This document shows positions 49,900 through 60,540 of a stretch of 64,000 nucleotides of DNA, one piece after another. The notes beneath the pieces were generated by a model. It made no database searches. It saw only the letters and a list, made by a program, of their open reading frames with translations, and was not told the DNA's origin. This DNA comes from Anthoceros angustus. Lineage: Eukaryota > Plantae > Anthocerotophyta. Position numbers and translations under genes: made by a program. Every line of letters begins with the position of its first letter. Position 1 is the stretch's first letter. The stretch is taken from contig MU008150.1 in the NCBI GenBank assembly GCA_010909165.1, positions 496,001 to 560,000 of the forward strand. Direction: 5' to 3'.

Positions 49900-52287
49900 A
49901 TGGTTTCCATGCTTAACAAATTCCAGCCCCTCTATGGACACATCCAACCTGAAGACACTCCAAATCTTCTGCGGGAGAAAAAGAGGAGGAAATTTGGTTG
50001 TGTGATATGTGCAATGCATACTGGGACCGAGCGCTTGTGGCTAGACAGATTGTCCAAGCCAGTTTCCGTGGATGCGGAGCTGGCTGCTGTGGATTTACAG
50101 ATGGGGCGTCATGGCGCTACATCCAAATGGGATGGACGTGAGCCTGCAAGATACGAAAGGAGAGTGTCGGGTGAAATGGTAAGGAAGCTATGTGAGCAGG
50201 GGCAGGTTGCTGAGGCCGTGGAGGGGCTGGGAGTTCTGGTGCACGGTGACGCTCTTGTTCCCCAATCTCTCTTTTACACTGTGCTGAAGGAATGTGTGGC
50301 TAGGAAGGATTTGTCTCTGAATCGCCGTGTTCATGCTCTCATCGTGAAGGAGGGGTCTGAAGAAGACACGTTCCTGTGCAACCACATCTTGCGAATGTAT
50401 GCTTCTCATGGCAGGTTGCAAGAAGCTATGGATGTGTTCAAGAGAGTCTCCAAACCAGATGCCTTCACGTGGTCTGCCATAATCTCTGCGAATGTTAAGC
50501 AGGGAGAGGATAAGCAGGCCATAGAGCTATATCATCGGATGCGGGGGTCGAGTGTGAAGCCAGATGGGCATGTTTTTGTTGCAGCCCTTCAGGCTTGTGC
50601 GAGGGGAGCAGACCTGAAGTCTGGGCAGGAGGTGCATGCTGATGTTGTGGCTACTGGCGTAGAGCGTGATTTGTTCGTTGGAAGTGGGTTGGTGGACATG
50701 TATGCGAAGTGTGGCAGCTTGGAAGACGCTCAAAGAGTGTTTGACTGTCTTCCTCAAAAAGATTTGGTAACTTGGAGTGCCATGATAGCAGGATATTCCC
50801 AGCAGGGCAGGGGGCAGGAAGCCCTTACTCTCTACAGGGCTATGCATGAAGCGGGCGTTGTAGAACTCGATTCTGTGACATTTGTGTGCGTCCTGCAGGC
50901 TTGTGCCAGTGTGGGTACTGCGGCTTTGGAGCAGGGGAAGCAGCTTCATGCACAGATTGGAGACCTAGGACTTCAAGCTGATGTCTTCATAGCCAGCAGT
51001 TTGGTGAATATGTACGCAAAGTGTGGCAGCCTGGGTGATGCCCAAAGAGTCTTTGACGGGCTTCCTCAAAAGGATATGGTGACCTGGAGTGCCATGATAG
51101 CAGGATATGCGAATCAGGGCATGGGGCAGAAGGCCCTTGATCTGTACAGGGATATGCAAGAAGAAGGCATCATTGCACTCGATTCTATGACATTTGTGTG
51201 CCTCCTCCAGGCATGTGCCAGTGTGTGCAACTCGGCCTTGGAGACGGGAAGGCAGCTTCATGCACAGATTAGGGAACAAGGACTTCAAGATGATGTGTTT
51301 GTGGCCAGCAGTTTGGTAAGCATGTATGCCAAGTGTGGCAGCTTAGAGGATGCTCGGGCCGTGTTTGACAGCCTTGGTGAGAAAAATGTGGTGACCTGGA
51401 GTGCGATGATAGCAGGATATTCCCAGCAGGGCATGGGACAAGAAGCCCTTGGTCTTTATAGGGCTATGCAACTAGAAGGGATTGTTGCACCCAATCCCGT
51501 GACATTTGTGTGCCTCCTTCAGGCTTGTGCAAGTGTAGCAGCCTTGCATCTGGGAAGGCAGCTTCATGCACAGATAAAAGAACAAGGGCTTCTAGGGGAT
51601 GTGCTTGTAGCAGTCAGTTTGGTGAACATGTATGGAAAGTGTGGTAGCATGGTTGATGCACGTCAGGTTTTTGAAGCGTTAACAGGAAGAGATGTTGTTG
51701 TCTGGAATGCACTGATTGCAGGGTACACCAATCAAGGAGACAGTGAGGAGGTCCTTGATCTGTTCCTCAGAATGGAAGAGGATGGCATACAGCCAGATAG
51801 CATCACGTTTCTTAGCGTCCTGACAGTATGCAGTCATACAGGTCTAGTGCACAAGGGGCGAGAGTATTTTGAGGCTATGACCCGACAGTATGGCATCACT
51901 GCCTCCGGAGACCACTACACATGCATGGTGAATCTCCTGGGCCGTGCAGGACACTTGGACGAGGCACTAGCTTTAGTAAGGACAATGCCTGTACAGCCCG
52001 ATGCTGCAGTTTGGCACAGTCTGTTGGGTGCTTGTCAAAAGTGGAGCAACGTAGAGGTGGGACGCCATGCGTTCGAGGAGGCAGTAAAGCTAGACAGGAC
52101 AGATCCCACAGCACGCGTGTTGATGTCGAACATAAACACCAGTGCCCTGATGTGGGAGAGGGCACAGAAGTTGCATGCGGAGAGAATAAGAATTAGGGCA
52201 TGGAAGGAGCCAGGCCAGACCTTGTGGACAGACATGGATGGACTGGTCTACAGCTTCTTGGTTGGGGAGAACAAGCACCCAAATTGA
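49900..52287 (+). CDS. PLS-class PPR protein (about 17 PPR motifs + E1/E2/E+, no complete DYW), candidate organellar RNA-editing factor; N-terminus uncertain
   Basis: Single long ORF with repeated P-L-S triplets (VTWSAMIAGY / TFVCLLQAC / SLVNMYAKCG), P2-L2-S2, E domains, ending WKEPGQTLWTDMDGLVYSFLVGENKHPN*; half PDF motif TGTERLWLDRLSKPVSVDAEL near the start. Confidence 0.92.
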   Translation: MVSMLNKFQPLYGHIQPEDTPNLLREKKRRKFGCVICAMHTGTERLWLDRLSKPVSVDAELAAVDLQMGRHGATSKWDGREPARYERRVSGEMVRKLCEQGQVAEAVEGLGVLVHGDALVPQSLFYTVLKECVARKDLSLNRRVHALIVKEGSEEDTFLCNHILRMYASHGRLQEAMDVFKRVSKPDAFTWSAIISANVKQGEDKQAIELYHRMRGSSVKPDGHVFVAALQACARGADLKSGQEVHADVVATGVERDLFVGSGLVDMYAKCGSLEDAQRVFDCLPQKDLVTWSAMIAGYSQQGRGQEALTLYRAMHEAGVVELDSVTFVCVLQACASVGTAALEQGKQLHAQIGDLGLQADVFIASSLVNMYAKCGSLGDAQRVFDGLPQKDMVTWSAMIAGYANQGMGQKALDLYRDMQEEGIIALDSMTFVCLLQACASVCNSALETGRQLHAQIREQGLQDDVFVASSLVSMYAKCGSLEDARAVFDSLGEKNVVTWSAMIAGYSQQGMGQEALGLYRAMQLEGIVAPNPVTFVCLLQACASVAALHLGRQLHAQIKEQGLLGDVLVAVSLVNMYGKCGSMVDARQVFEALTGRDVVVWNALIAGYTNQGDSEEVLDLFLRMEEDGIQPDSITFLSVLTVCSHTGLVHKGREYFEAMTRQYGITASGDHYTCMVNLLGRAGHLDEALALVRTMPVQPDAAVWHSLLGACQKWSNVEVGRHAFEEAVKLDRTDPTARVLMSNINTSALMWERAQKLHAERIRIRAWKEPGQTLWTDMDGLVYSFLVGENKHPN

Positions 52288-52542
52288 ACACTTTCCCAAT
52301 GCATTCCACCCAAACCTGAGAGTTTCCTTTGACTGTCAATACAATCGGAAGGAGGGATGTGAATTACCACGCAGTCTTTCATGTTGACATATGTCATGTG
52401 AGGACACTCTCAAGGTCTCCAAGTCCCTTCTTCTTTCAATCCATTGCTGTCGAGGTTTCATGACATTCTTGATCAAGATTCAGGAACTCATTTGACCTAC
52501 ATAAATCCGGCGAAAACGAGCAGCTTGTAACGGGAGGTGGAG

Positions 52543-52590
52543 GGTTTAGGGTCTAGGTTTAGGGTTCAGGACTATGGGCTTAGGACTATG
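52543..52590 (+). repeat. Short degenerate telomere-like tract
   Basis: GGGTTTAGGGTCTAGGTTTAGGGTTCAGG. Confidence 0.6.
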
Positions 52591-54112
52591 CACCCGAGAC
52601 GAAGACGTTGACCTCGTTCTGTGGGACAGCTATCGGCTCATTCGTGCTGGAAGCCTATTTGGATTCGGGAGCCTACCATTTGAACACATTGTGCAAGACT
52701 CTGCCTCCGGGTGCTCGGATGCGTGCCCGCAGTTCAATTACGCTTGGTGTGTCCTGGGAGGCAGGACACCCTGTGCCCCGTTTGCTGGTGACCGGGAGCT
52801 AGCATTGTGAGTGAAAACTGCAATGTGAGAGCTCGGCTTTGGTAGCCGGTATTGTAGAGCCGTAGTGAGCTGATCCTTGGTTTGATTGTACTGGCGTGGT
52901 GTGTGAGATGAGGCGGGCGCCAGCTCCCCCATGTAGCTCTGAGTTTTGTGGAAGAATGGGTGGGCACAACAGATCCGTGGGGCAGTAGGTCAGACAGGGG
53001 GGATGTTTAATCCGTACGCCAAGATTTTGTCGATGCAAGTCTCCTCATGGTCCGCTGCAACTAGATTCAACCTTGTGGAAGAAGGTTTCGGTGTGGGTTT
53101 TCTCCACTCCACAATTTAAGCAGCGAGCCAGGATTTGTTGGGCTCCCTGTCCTCGCACCTATGAAAGCAACAAGGTTAGCTTTGCTCTGAGCCTTGTTGA
53201 AGAAAGGGTTGCTACATTGACAAGATTTCTGGGCAGATGGAGGGATACGTGTATGAACTCTAAACTTCAACCAGCGACCTGACACTTGGTCTGTACATTC
53301 AGAGGGCTGGATATTTGAGGGAGCGAGCGTGTGTTGGGTTTGCATGTAAAATTTGTGATTCAACCGTAACATGTCGGATGTCTAAAGTCTCTCTATAGAA
53401 AAAAGTGAATCTTCGTCATTTTATCATGTTAACTCTTGAGTATATGTTGGGAGCACCTTTACATGGTGGTGTGATCCTATATTACCTTTACGTCCTTGAG
53501 TAAGTAAGGGTCTTGGATGTTGAGTTGCAGCAGTTGGATTTTCGCAGGAGTTGGAGGCAAGACCTTGTTGACACGGCCAACTCGGTGAAATCAGGGGTGC
53601 AACACACTGTTTGCGGACAGGAAGACGGTCATGTGAGAGTCCATGAGAACGCTGAGCTACGAATTGTTGAGCAGGTCTGTGTCACACCCACCCCCTCCTT
53701 TTTCCTTGGGGACTCGTCTGTCAACTGCAGTTATGAAACTGGATTCTGTTATGTGCATTTGAAAATGTGGCCTCTATCCATCTTGCCATGTGATTCTCTG
53801 CAAGTGTATTGGTCATTGGATCCGTGTATGCGTATGGTACTTTTAGAAGCTGCTCAATTTCAGTGTTTTCGATGAGATCTTTGGCTCCATCTTAGTAGAC
53901 AAGGAAGTACCTCTTTCTGGAGGCATACATCTGAACCCTTCAGTCCTCCATTTTCTGCACGGGTTTAGGGTCCCAGGTCCTTTAGTGTCCGCCTTGTCTG
54001 GCATGTGGCTCCCATGTTTGTCAAGTCTCACTGAAATCCACTTCGGTTCCACTTTGCTGTGAATCAGGCCAGAGTTTACCAAGCAACCACTGAAGCATTC
54101 CCCTCATTCTGG

Positions 54113-56660
54113 TGACTTAGAGTTCGCCGCCACCGGAAGGAGTTCACAGTAGACAAGTCGCAGGAAACACAGATCCTACGACTGCTCTATTGTAACCTCC
54201 TTCGGGCGGCCGCGAACCTCGAGAAATATTACTGACGAGTAAGACGCCCAGCGGACGATTTTTCTTTTTGTGTGTACGAGAGGCAACTTGACTCTTTCTA
54301 GTTTTACTCACTGTTTCCTAGCGTCTTTCAGGTTTCACTGTGCCCAGGCCATGCGTCTCTTCATTTCTACCAGTATAGGGGGGCCGAACAATAGGTTCGG
54401 CAGGTAAGTAGGATTCCCGTTTAAGGGTGTGTACAGGTTCCGTGTCTCCACTCTTATAGTAGCAGAAATAAAGAATATTATTTTAAATATATAGAAACTA
54501 CTTCAAACTATATAGAAACTATTTCAAACTCTAGTTGCCCTAATAAATATGAGCTACAAGGGCCTTGTCTCCATTGCTTGTTGTTCTCTTGTCTAACACA
54601 AAATGCTTTTCAGCCTTCGTTTGTCATGGTTTCAAAGCTCTAAGTGCCTATGAGTATGCCTATGGTTTCAAAGCTCTAAGTGCCTATGTGCATGCCTATT
54701 TCTCTGAGTGTGTTGAAGCTTGTGTGTTACCCAGAGTGTGTTGAAGCATCTATGGTACTCGGAGCTATTGAAGCATCTATGCTACATCTATGGTACTCGG
54801 AGCTGTTGAAGCATCTATGCTACATCTATGGTACTCGGAGCTGTTGAAGCATCTATGCTACATCTATGGTACTCGGAGCTGTTGAAGCATCTATGCTACA
54901 TCTATGGTACTCGGAGCTGTTGAAGCATCTATGCTACATCTATGGTGCTCAGAGCTGTTGAAGCATCTATGCTACATCTATGGTACTCGGAGCTGTTGAA
55001 GCATCTATGCTACTTGACGTGAGTTAAGGAGAAGTTTCCTCAGTGTGTTGAAGCATCTATGCTACTTGACGTGAGTTAAGGAGAAGTTTCCTCAGCGTGT
55101 TGAAGCATCTATGCTACTTGAAGTGAGTTAAGGAGAAGTTGAAGCATCTATGCTACTTGAAGTGAGTTAAGGAGAAGTCGTTTGGCTATGGCTTGCCCTT
55201 GAGTACTCTTGTATGGATCAATTCGTGGGCAGTCGCTCTTGGACTTCTTGCAACGGGATTGTTGTGAGTTCCTTGGGCAAGATGAAAGCTAAGAGTAGGT
55301 TGCAACTTAGGCTTGCGCTTCCCGAGATCAGAGGCAATAGATTGGTCAAATTTGCAAGTGCACGTAGGGGAGACTGAGGTTGTGCTAACCCTATAGGCCA
55401 AGCAACAAACCGACAGAATCAAGAACATTTTGCAATTAGAATTGAGTCTCTTGTGGATCAGGTTATTATGGGGACAATATGTTTTTCTGAGGCTCTCACT
55501 ACTAAGGAGATGGTGGTTGCAACACCCAACTTGAGCCCCAATGGCAATGCTTGCATCCTTCCTACTATAATATTACATGGAGGCGAGAGGCTATTCATTT
55601 TCTTTGTCATTAATCTTTGCATTCTAGTCATTATGATAGTATGCAATGAACTAATATTTGCTCCAAGATTAGAGGCGGTATTAAGCCCAAGAATAGACTT
55701 GCCTCTTCCTTAGATGTTGATGAAGATGATGTCATTTGAGGTAAGCACTTGAATTCATATATGCACTTCCTCGACAAACAACCAAGCAAAACAAATCTAA
55801 CACGCAGATGTATAGTTGCAAACCAATCCCCACGATAATGTGAGACTCAAGTCAAAACATTATCATTAGTAGGACTACATATGTATGCACCTCTTGTAGT
55901 GCATTGTGCACAAAACCAATCTTCCTGAAATGTCGTCAAGAGGTGGTTGAACAAAACATGCGGTATCCCCTATTGCAATCACCACAAGAGAGGCATCACA
56001 TCATCATCATCAGTACGTCCACAAACCTGACACTCCAAGTCTTTGGGTGGAGCCACATTGTAGGCCGTGAAGTTGAGGGTCCAAATTGGGTAAGTGGCAT
56101 GGTGCGAGTTCTTGAGGTGATCCTTCCATCTTCGCCATCGATACTTCAAGCTCAAGCACTCCATCTTTGCCTACTCGCACGACTGCAAGATGACTCGGGT
56201 GGATACCTCCAAGGTGTTGCCTCGCTTCCGGCGTGTAGACATAATCTCCAACTTCGAACTTGCGCACCTTGGGTTTCCATGTCCCTCCTCTTGTGTAAGC
56301 ATAGCATAGTTGATCCCTGTGTTGCGCTATGGGGAGGTTCTCCATTGCCAGGCATGATCCGTTGAAAGCTCACCGCCTTTCCGTGTGTCTCGAGGCAATC
56401 ATCCTGATTGCAATCCAATCGGGTGCTTGTAGCCTTGCTTGCCTCATGGCAAAATGGTTGTCGCCATACAACAAGTAGTATGGCGAAAAATTGCTCAAGG
56501 TCGCTTGATTGCTCACCCTGTACCCTAGCACTAAGTATGGCATCCCTTCATCCCATGTCTTCGGGTCATTTGTGAGACAATACTTTCGCAAGGCCCGCTT
56601 GAAAGTCTGCACCAAGCGTTCAGCAAGTCCATCGGCGCTTGTTCTCTTCCGGCCTGCTGC
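54113..56660 (-). mobile_element. 3' part of a Gypsy element: integrase core, C-terminal PHD finger, repeat-rich 3'UTR and probable LTR ending at 54113
   Basis: DGLAERLVQTFKRAL...FSPYYLLYG; KFEVGDYVY; LAPCHLPNLDP; PHD-like ECQVCGRTDDDDVMLLC..CNRGY..FC...WFCAQC (55900-56035, frameshifted); TGACTT terminus at 54113. LTR extent uncertain. Confidence 0.8.
54739..55178. repeat. Compound minisatellite (38 bp x7, then ~52 bp x3-4) sharing the core TTGAAGCATCTATG
   Basis: Units at 54749, 54787, 54825, 54863, 54901, 54939, 54977; then 55014, 55066 and two shorter copies. Confidence 0.95.
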
Positions 56661-56689
56661 TATGGGGCCTCCATTAACGACCCTGGGGC

Positions 56690-59050
56690 CCACTTAGCGC
56701 GTTGTCCAATGGCTGGACAACGTATTGCTACACACGACGCCGTCCGAGGCATCATGTTCTCGATGGCCAAGAAGAACGGTTTCTTCCCTTTCGAGGAGCG
56801 GCAGTATACTCTGCCCAATGGCGTCTCGATCAGAGCTGACCTTTTCTTGACGCGAGGGGACGAGGTCTCGGTTGCGGATGTGGTTATCACTGACCCAACT
56901 AGAGTTTCTGTTAGTGACCATGTCATCATCAACCCTCAGGTTGGGTGGCGGAATGGAGCGCAACTAAGAACATTTACAAGTAACATGATAATTTTTGAAG
57001 GGGGGGAATATAGTAACCCCCTTCGGTCGAGACAGCACCCCCTTGTCACGAAGAACACCTTTCCTAGAACAGCATATCTACCCTACTTTGATAATGCGCA
57101 CACCCCTTCTGAGGTCATACCTTTGATAAAAGATGCACTTTCAAGTCTACACCCGAGAACTGGAGCACAGTAGGGTGTGGGCCCATTTGCGTTTTAGTAG
57201 AATGCGTAGAGGGCTGCCATTTTCATATGTTTATTACAACCGAAAACTTTTACTTTCAAGTGGTGGAACACAATGAAAACAATCTGTACTGTGGAGTTTC
57301 ATTTCAGTGGTCGTGAGAACATTGCAACAAACAACTGGTAAAGGAGGAAGTGGTCATCAGCATCGACAATAGCCATTGAAGAGTGCGGCCCGGCGACTCA
57401 TCCATGCCTTGCAACTAAGTCAAGTACCACCGCCATATTCGAGGTGGTCCATATTGTCCTACCGAAGTTGTCGTTCTCCTCCATTGCTTGCCTCTTCAAT
57501 AGTATCATTCTTGCCTTGATCCATGCCATGCCGGGCCGGGCCGGCGCCCATAGGCAAGGCATGGCGTGTGCGCCGGCCGGCCGGCGCCCATGGATAGGGT
57601 GGTGTAGGGAGGCGCCGGCCGGCCGCCACAGGCAAGGCATGGCGTGTTGGAGGGCGTGCGGCCGGGAGGCAAGGCATGGCGTGTTGGAGGGAGGCGCCGG
57701 CCGGCCGCCCACCCTCCGCGCACCACCCGTAGGCCCACCGATGGGTGGCGGAGGGAGGCGCCGGCCGGCCGCCCACCCTCCGCGCACCACCCGTGGGTGG
57801 GCAAACGGGTGGTGCGCTGGCGAGGGCCGGGCCGGGCGCCGCCTCAAACACCACCCGTAGGCCCACCGATGGGTGGCGGTGTGGAGGGAGGGCGCCGGCC
57901 GGCCGGCGCCCTCCCTCCGCGTGCCCATTGTGGTCCTCCTTTCCACGCACCCCCTGTACGTGGCACTTCCATCGAAAATTCAGTAGGCTAACCTTAGAAG
58001 CAAATGCCGTCTGAAATCGAGCCAGCATCTGGTCGGTCGAGTGTAGAGGGTACTCCTCCCGGAATCATCTGTATGCGGTGGACAAAAAAGCGATAAGGGA
58101 TAAGCTCTACGAGTTGCATGGCTTCATACAACCTGCGAGTCAAAGTGCCGCTAAAGATAGTGATGACAATGCAGGAGAAGCTGGACCAAGTGATGACGAA
58201 GGATTGAACTCTGGGGATGAGTGAAACCGAAATCTCGCTTTTTCCTGTGGTCCCGAGTTAATGTTGTAAGTCCGTTGTCATGTTACCGTGTTAGGGAAAT
58301 ACCCTGTCCGTGGCTTTTGTGGTGTCATAACAAAACCACATTTTCCTCCCAAAACTGAGTTTACAGTCGTTCCTTCCCGGCAGGAACGGCCTTCCTCACC
58401 ATTCCTACTTTGCATTATTTCCCTAGGTTCGAGTTTGCGACTACCATTCGACACAAACATTGCTGGATGGAAAGTAGTAACTTCACTGGGTGACACCCTT
58501 TTTTTCGGAGCTGTTTTTCGCAATGCCTTCAAAACGCTATTTTAGAGCCCATCAAAAACCCTCTTCAGAAATTATTTGCGGAAAACCCCCTTCGAGATTA
58601 TTCACCCCCTTCAAAAATTATCATGTTAAGTACAGGCTCATGCAGCAAGGTCACATTTTCATCCCCCCTTGCTATTGAAACCCATGGTTCCTTGGGTAAG
58701 GTTTTTTCTCGTTTTATCAAGGAGTGCGCAAGGGCCTACCACAACGATAGGGGCGGGTTTAGCCTCCCTCTTTCCAGTGTCGTGGCATATTTCACGCCAT
58801 GGGTTTCCATCGCCCTGCAAAGGGCGTTGGCTAGCGCCATCTTTAGGACGATCACGAGTGTTGGAGACGCCGCATCTGCAACACCAGTAGTAAGTCGGCC
58901 CTTCCCTATCTCAAACGGTGACATCTTGGGGCCGGTTGGGGGTTATAGGGTAGATTAGTGTGGGGGTACGCCCCCCTGGCTTGGGGCCCCGTCATGGGTT
59001 GTCCCCTTTCGCCTCGGGGTAGGTGGGATTTCCCAATCTCGTTCTTTTTA
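56690..59050 (+). mobile_element. 3' end of an RLE-type (CRE/R2-group) non-LTR retrotransposon, split by a TIR element
   Basis: HLARCPMAGQRIATHDAVR (CCHC), RADL...DVVITDPT, then after the insert KYR...FIPLAIETHGSLG...VSIALQRALASAI (PD-D/ExK nuclease). Confidence 0.85.
56982..58627. mobile_element. TIR DNA transposon, copy 2 (non-autonomous), with 4-bp TSD AAGT
   Basis: AACATGATAATTTTTGAAGGGGG inverted termini; AAGT at 56978-56981 and 58628-58631; excision restores the LINE KYR frame; GC-rich GGCCGGCCG array 57520-57920. Confidence 0.92.
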
Positions 59051-59185
59051 TAAAGTCTCCACATTCGCCTGACTTAAGGAGCAACGACGTCCTTTTTATA
59101 AAGTCTCCACGTTCGCCTGACTTAAAGGAGCAACGACGTTCTTTTTATAAAGTCTTCACATTCGCCTGACTTGAGGAGCAACGAA
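59046..59185. repeat. ~50-bp tandem repeat x3 at the LINE 3' boundary
   Basis: TTTTATAAAGTCTCCACATTCGCCTGACTTAAGGAGCAACGAC. Confidence 0.85.
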
Positions 59186-59639
59186 GAGCACAGGCTACAC
59201 AACGGAGTATGCCGCGAATCGTAATGAAAGCATTGCTATGGCAGCAAGGATGAAATCCAATTTGGTTTTTGTGAGCTCATGAGCTCACCAAAATTGAAGT
59301 GTGCCGCTATTCGTGTCCCACCAGGTATTTAGTAAAAGGCGAAAGAATAATTGATTTGACTTGACCATGCGACTCCAATAGGAATCGGAATGAGTAAGTA
59401 GTGAGAAAGAGGCGACTAAGACACAACCGGCAATATGGGATAAATATAATGTGTGCACGGAACGGACTTCCGCCCGGTCTCATGAGCAGAGGACAAATCG
59501 ACTTCAGAGTGGTGGAAGGACCAGGCTTTGAACTGCTACATGCTTCAGATATTTGCTGAATCGATGGACAGTGGGTTGTCTATTTTTGAAGCCGAATTGG
59601 CTGGATAATTTTGTGTTCCTCGACATAGATTTTGCATCG

Positions 59640-60540
59640 TGCTCCAGTTGCCTTGAGCGTCTGTACAGGGATATGTAAGAGGAAGGTATCGTTGCACCTG
59701 ATGCTGTCACAATTGTGTGCCTCCTGCAGGCATGTGGAAGTCTGGGCCCACCTACTTTCGATGACGGGAAGCAGCTTCATGCTCAAATTAGGGGACAAGA
59801 GCTTGAAAAGGATGTATTTGTAGGCATCAGTTTGGTACATATGTGTGCAAAGTTTGGCGATGTAAAGGATGCTCGGAGAGTGTTTGATGGCCTGGTTCAC
59901 AAGAACGTGGTGACATGGAATGCTATGGCTGCATATGATGTTGTGATGCTTGTGTCTGTCTTGCAGGCATGCGCAAGTATTGGCACGAAAGCTTTGGAGA
60001 ATTAGGGAAAGCAGCTTCATGTGCATATTAGAGACCGAGGGCTTGAAGTTGATGTTCGTAGCCAACAGCTTGGTAAACATGTTTGCAAAGTGCGGCAGCT
60101 TGGAGGATGCCCAGGGCATGTTTGATGGACTCGGACAAAAGAATGTCGTCACTTGGAATGCTATGATTGCAGGATATTCCCAGCAGGGTATGGGGCGGGA
60201 AGCCCATCTCCTTTACAACGCCATGCAAGAAGAAGGCATCGTTGCACCTAGTTCTGTAACATTTGTGTGCCTCCTGGAGGCATGTGCAAGTTTGGGCACC
60301 CCAGCTTTGGAGACAGGAACACACCTTCATGCACAAATTAGAGAACAAGGACTGCAAGCTGATGTATTTGTCGCCAGCAGTTTGGTGAACATGTATGCAA
60401 AGTGTGGCAGCCTAGAGCATGCTAGGGACATGTTTGACAGACTTGTGTGGAAAAAAATGTGGTGACATGGAGTGCCATGATAGGAGGATATTCCCACCAG
60501 GGCATGGGCCAGGAAGCCCTTCATCTCTACAGGTCCATGC
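59640..60540 (+). pseudogene. Degenerate PLS-PPR fragment paralogous to 49900-52287
   Basis: FVANSLVNMFAKCGSLEDA...VTWNAMIAGYSQQG...TFVCLLEACAS; stops and frameshifts; no E domain. Confidence 0.9.

Noticed and set aside
57398-58028. Several 89-189-aa ORFs in TIR copy 2 (and 10906-11301 in copy 1)
   Set aside because: Translations of GC-rich tandem repeats on both strands; no domain signal.
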